In this document: positions 24,282-24,454 of the stretch, one piece after another
Numbering within the stretch: the stretch's first letter is position 1
How the letters are laid out: each line of letters starts with the position of its first letter
Notes under the pieces: model-generated
What the model was told of the DNA's origin: nothing
Seen by the model: the letters and a program-made list of their open reading frames with translations, nothing else
The model's database searches: none
Assembly: GCA_037142615.1 (NCBI GenBank)
Contig: JBAXAI010000050.1
Coordinates: 1 to 24,454, forward strand
Direction of reading: 5' to 3'
Length of the DNA: 24,454 nt
Source of the DNA: Spirochaetales bacterium
Lineage (GTDB): Bacteria; Spirochaetota; Spirochaetia; JABEVK01
Program-made: the position numbers and the translations under genes

Positions 24282-24454
24282 ATGAAACATGTGTTTGCTC
24301 TTGTCGCCCTCTCGTTCCTTTTTGTCGTGGGAGCCTCGGCGACGGAATCTCCGTTTTACGTCAAGACGGTTCAAATTGCCAAGATTGTCTCGCATGAGTC
24401 CGGCTACAGGGTTACTTACCTGACCAACAAGTTTGAAGGGCGTTCCATCTACAT
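24282..24454 (+). CDS. Secreted hypothetical protein (5' part; runs off the window)
   Basis: MKHVFALVALSFLFVVGASA|TESPFYVKTVQIAKIVSHESGYRVTYLTNK...; signal peptide, promoter and RBS; not in the ORF track. Confidence 0.75.
   Translation, partial: MKHVFALVALSFLFVVGASATESPFYVKTVQIAKIVSHESGYRVTYLTNKFEGRSIY

Overview
GC-rich bacterial chromosomal segment with 18 complete genes and one partial gene. It is possibly from a free-living spirochaete, a tentative guess from protein style and the last partial ORF. Gene order: membrane degenerate-GGDEF/EAL phosphodiesterase (-), Lon protease, type-2 (MOFRL) glycerate kinase, YitT membrane protein (-), a GNAT-ppk2-SDR/zinc-ribbon operon, recQ (-), DUF2804-like protein, a small secreted Gly/Met-rich protein behind a consensus sigma-54 promoter (-), a membrane class III adenylate cyclase (-), a five-gene Opp/Dpp-type ABC importer with an unusually large 854 aa binding protein and a translationally coupled MATE, argF with tandem ARG boxes, and the start of a secreted protein. 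I see no mobile element, CRISPR array, tRNA/rRNA or defence system, and no clearly new multi-gene system. The most interesting signals are regulatory or architectural: the sigma-54-driven orphan secreted protein with candidate enhancer sites, five genes with a leaderless -10/ATG arrangement, the oversized peptide ABC system, and the SDR-zinc-ribbon fusion.
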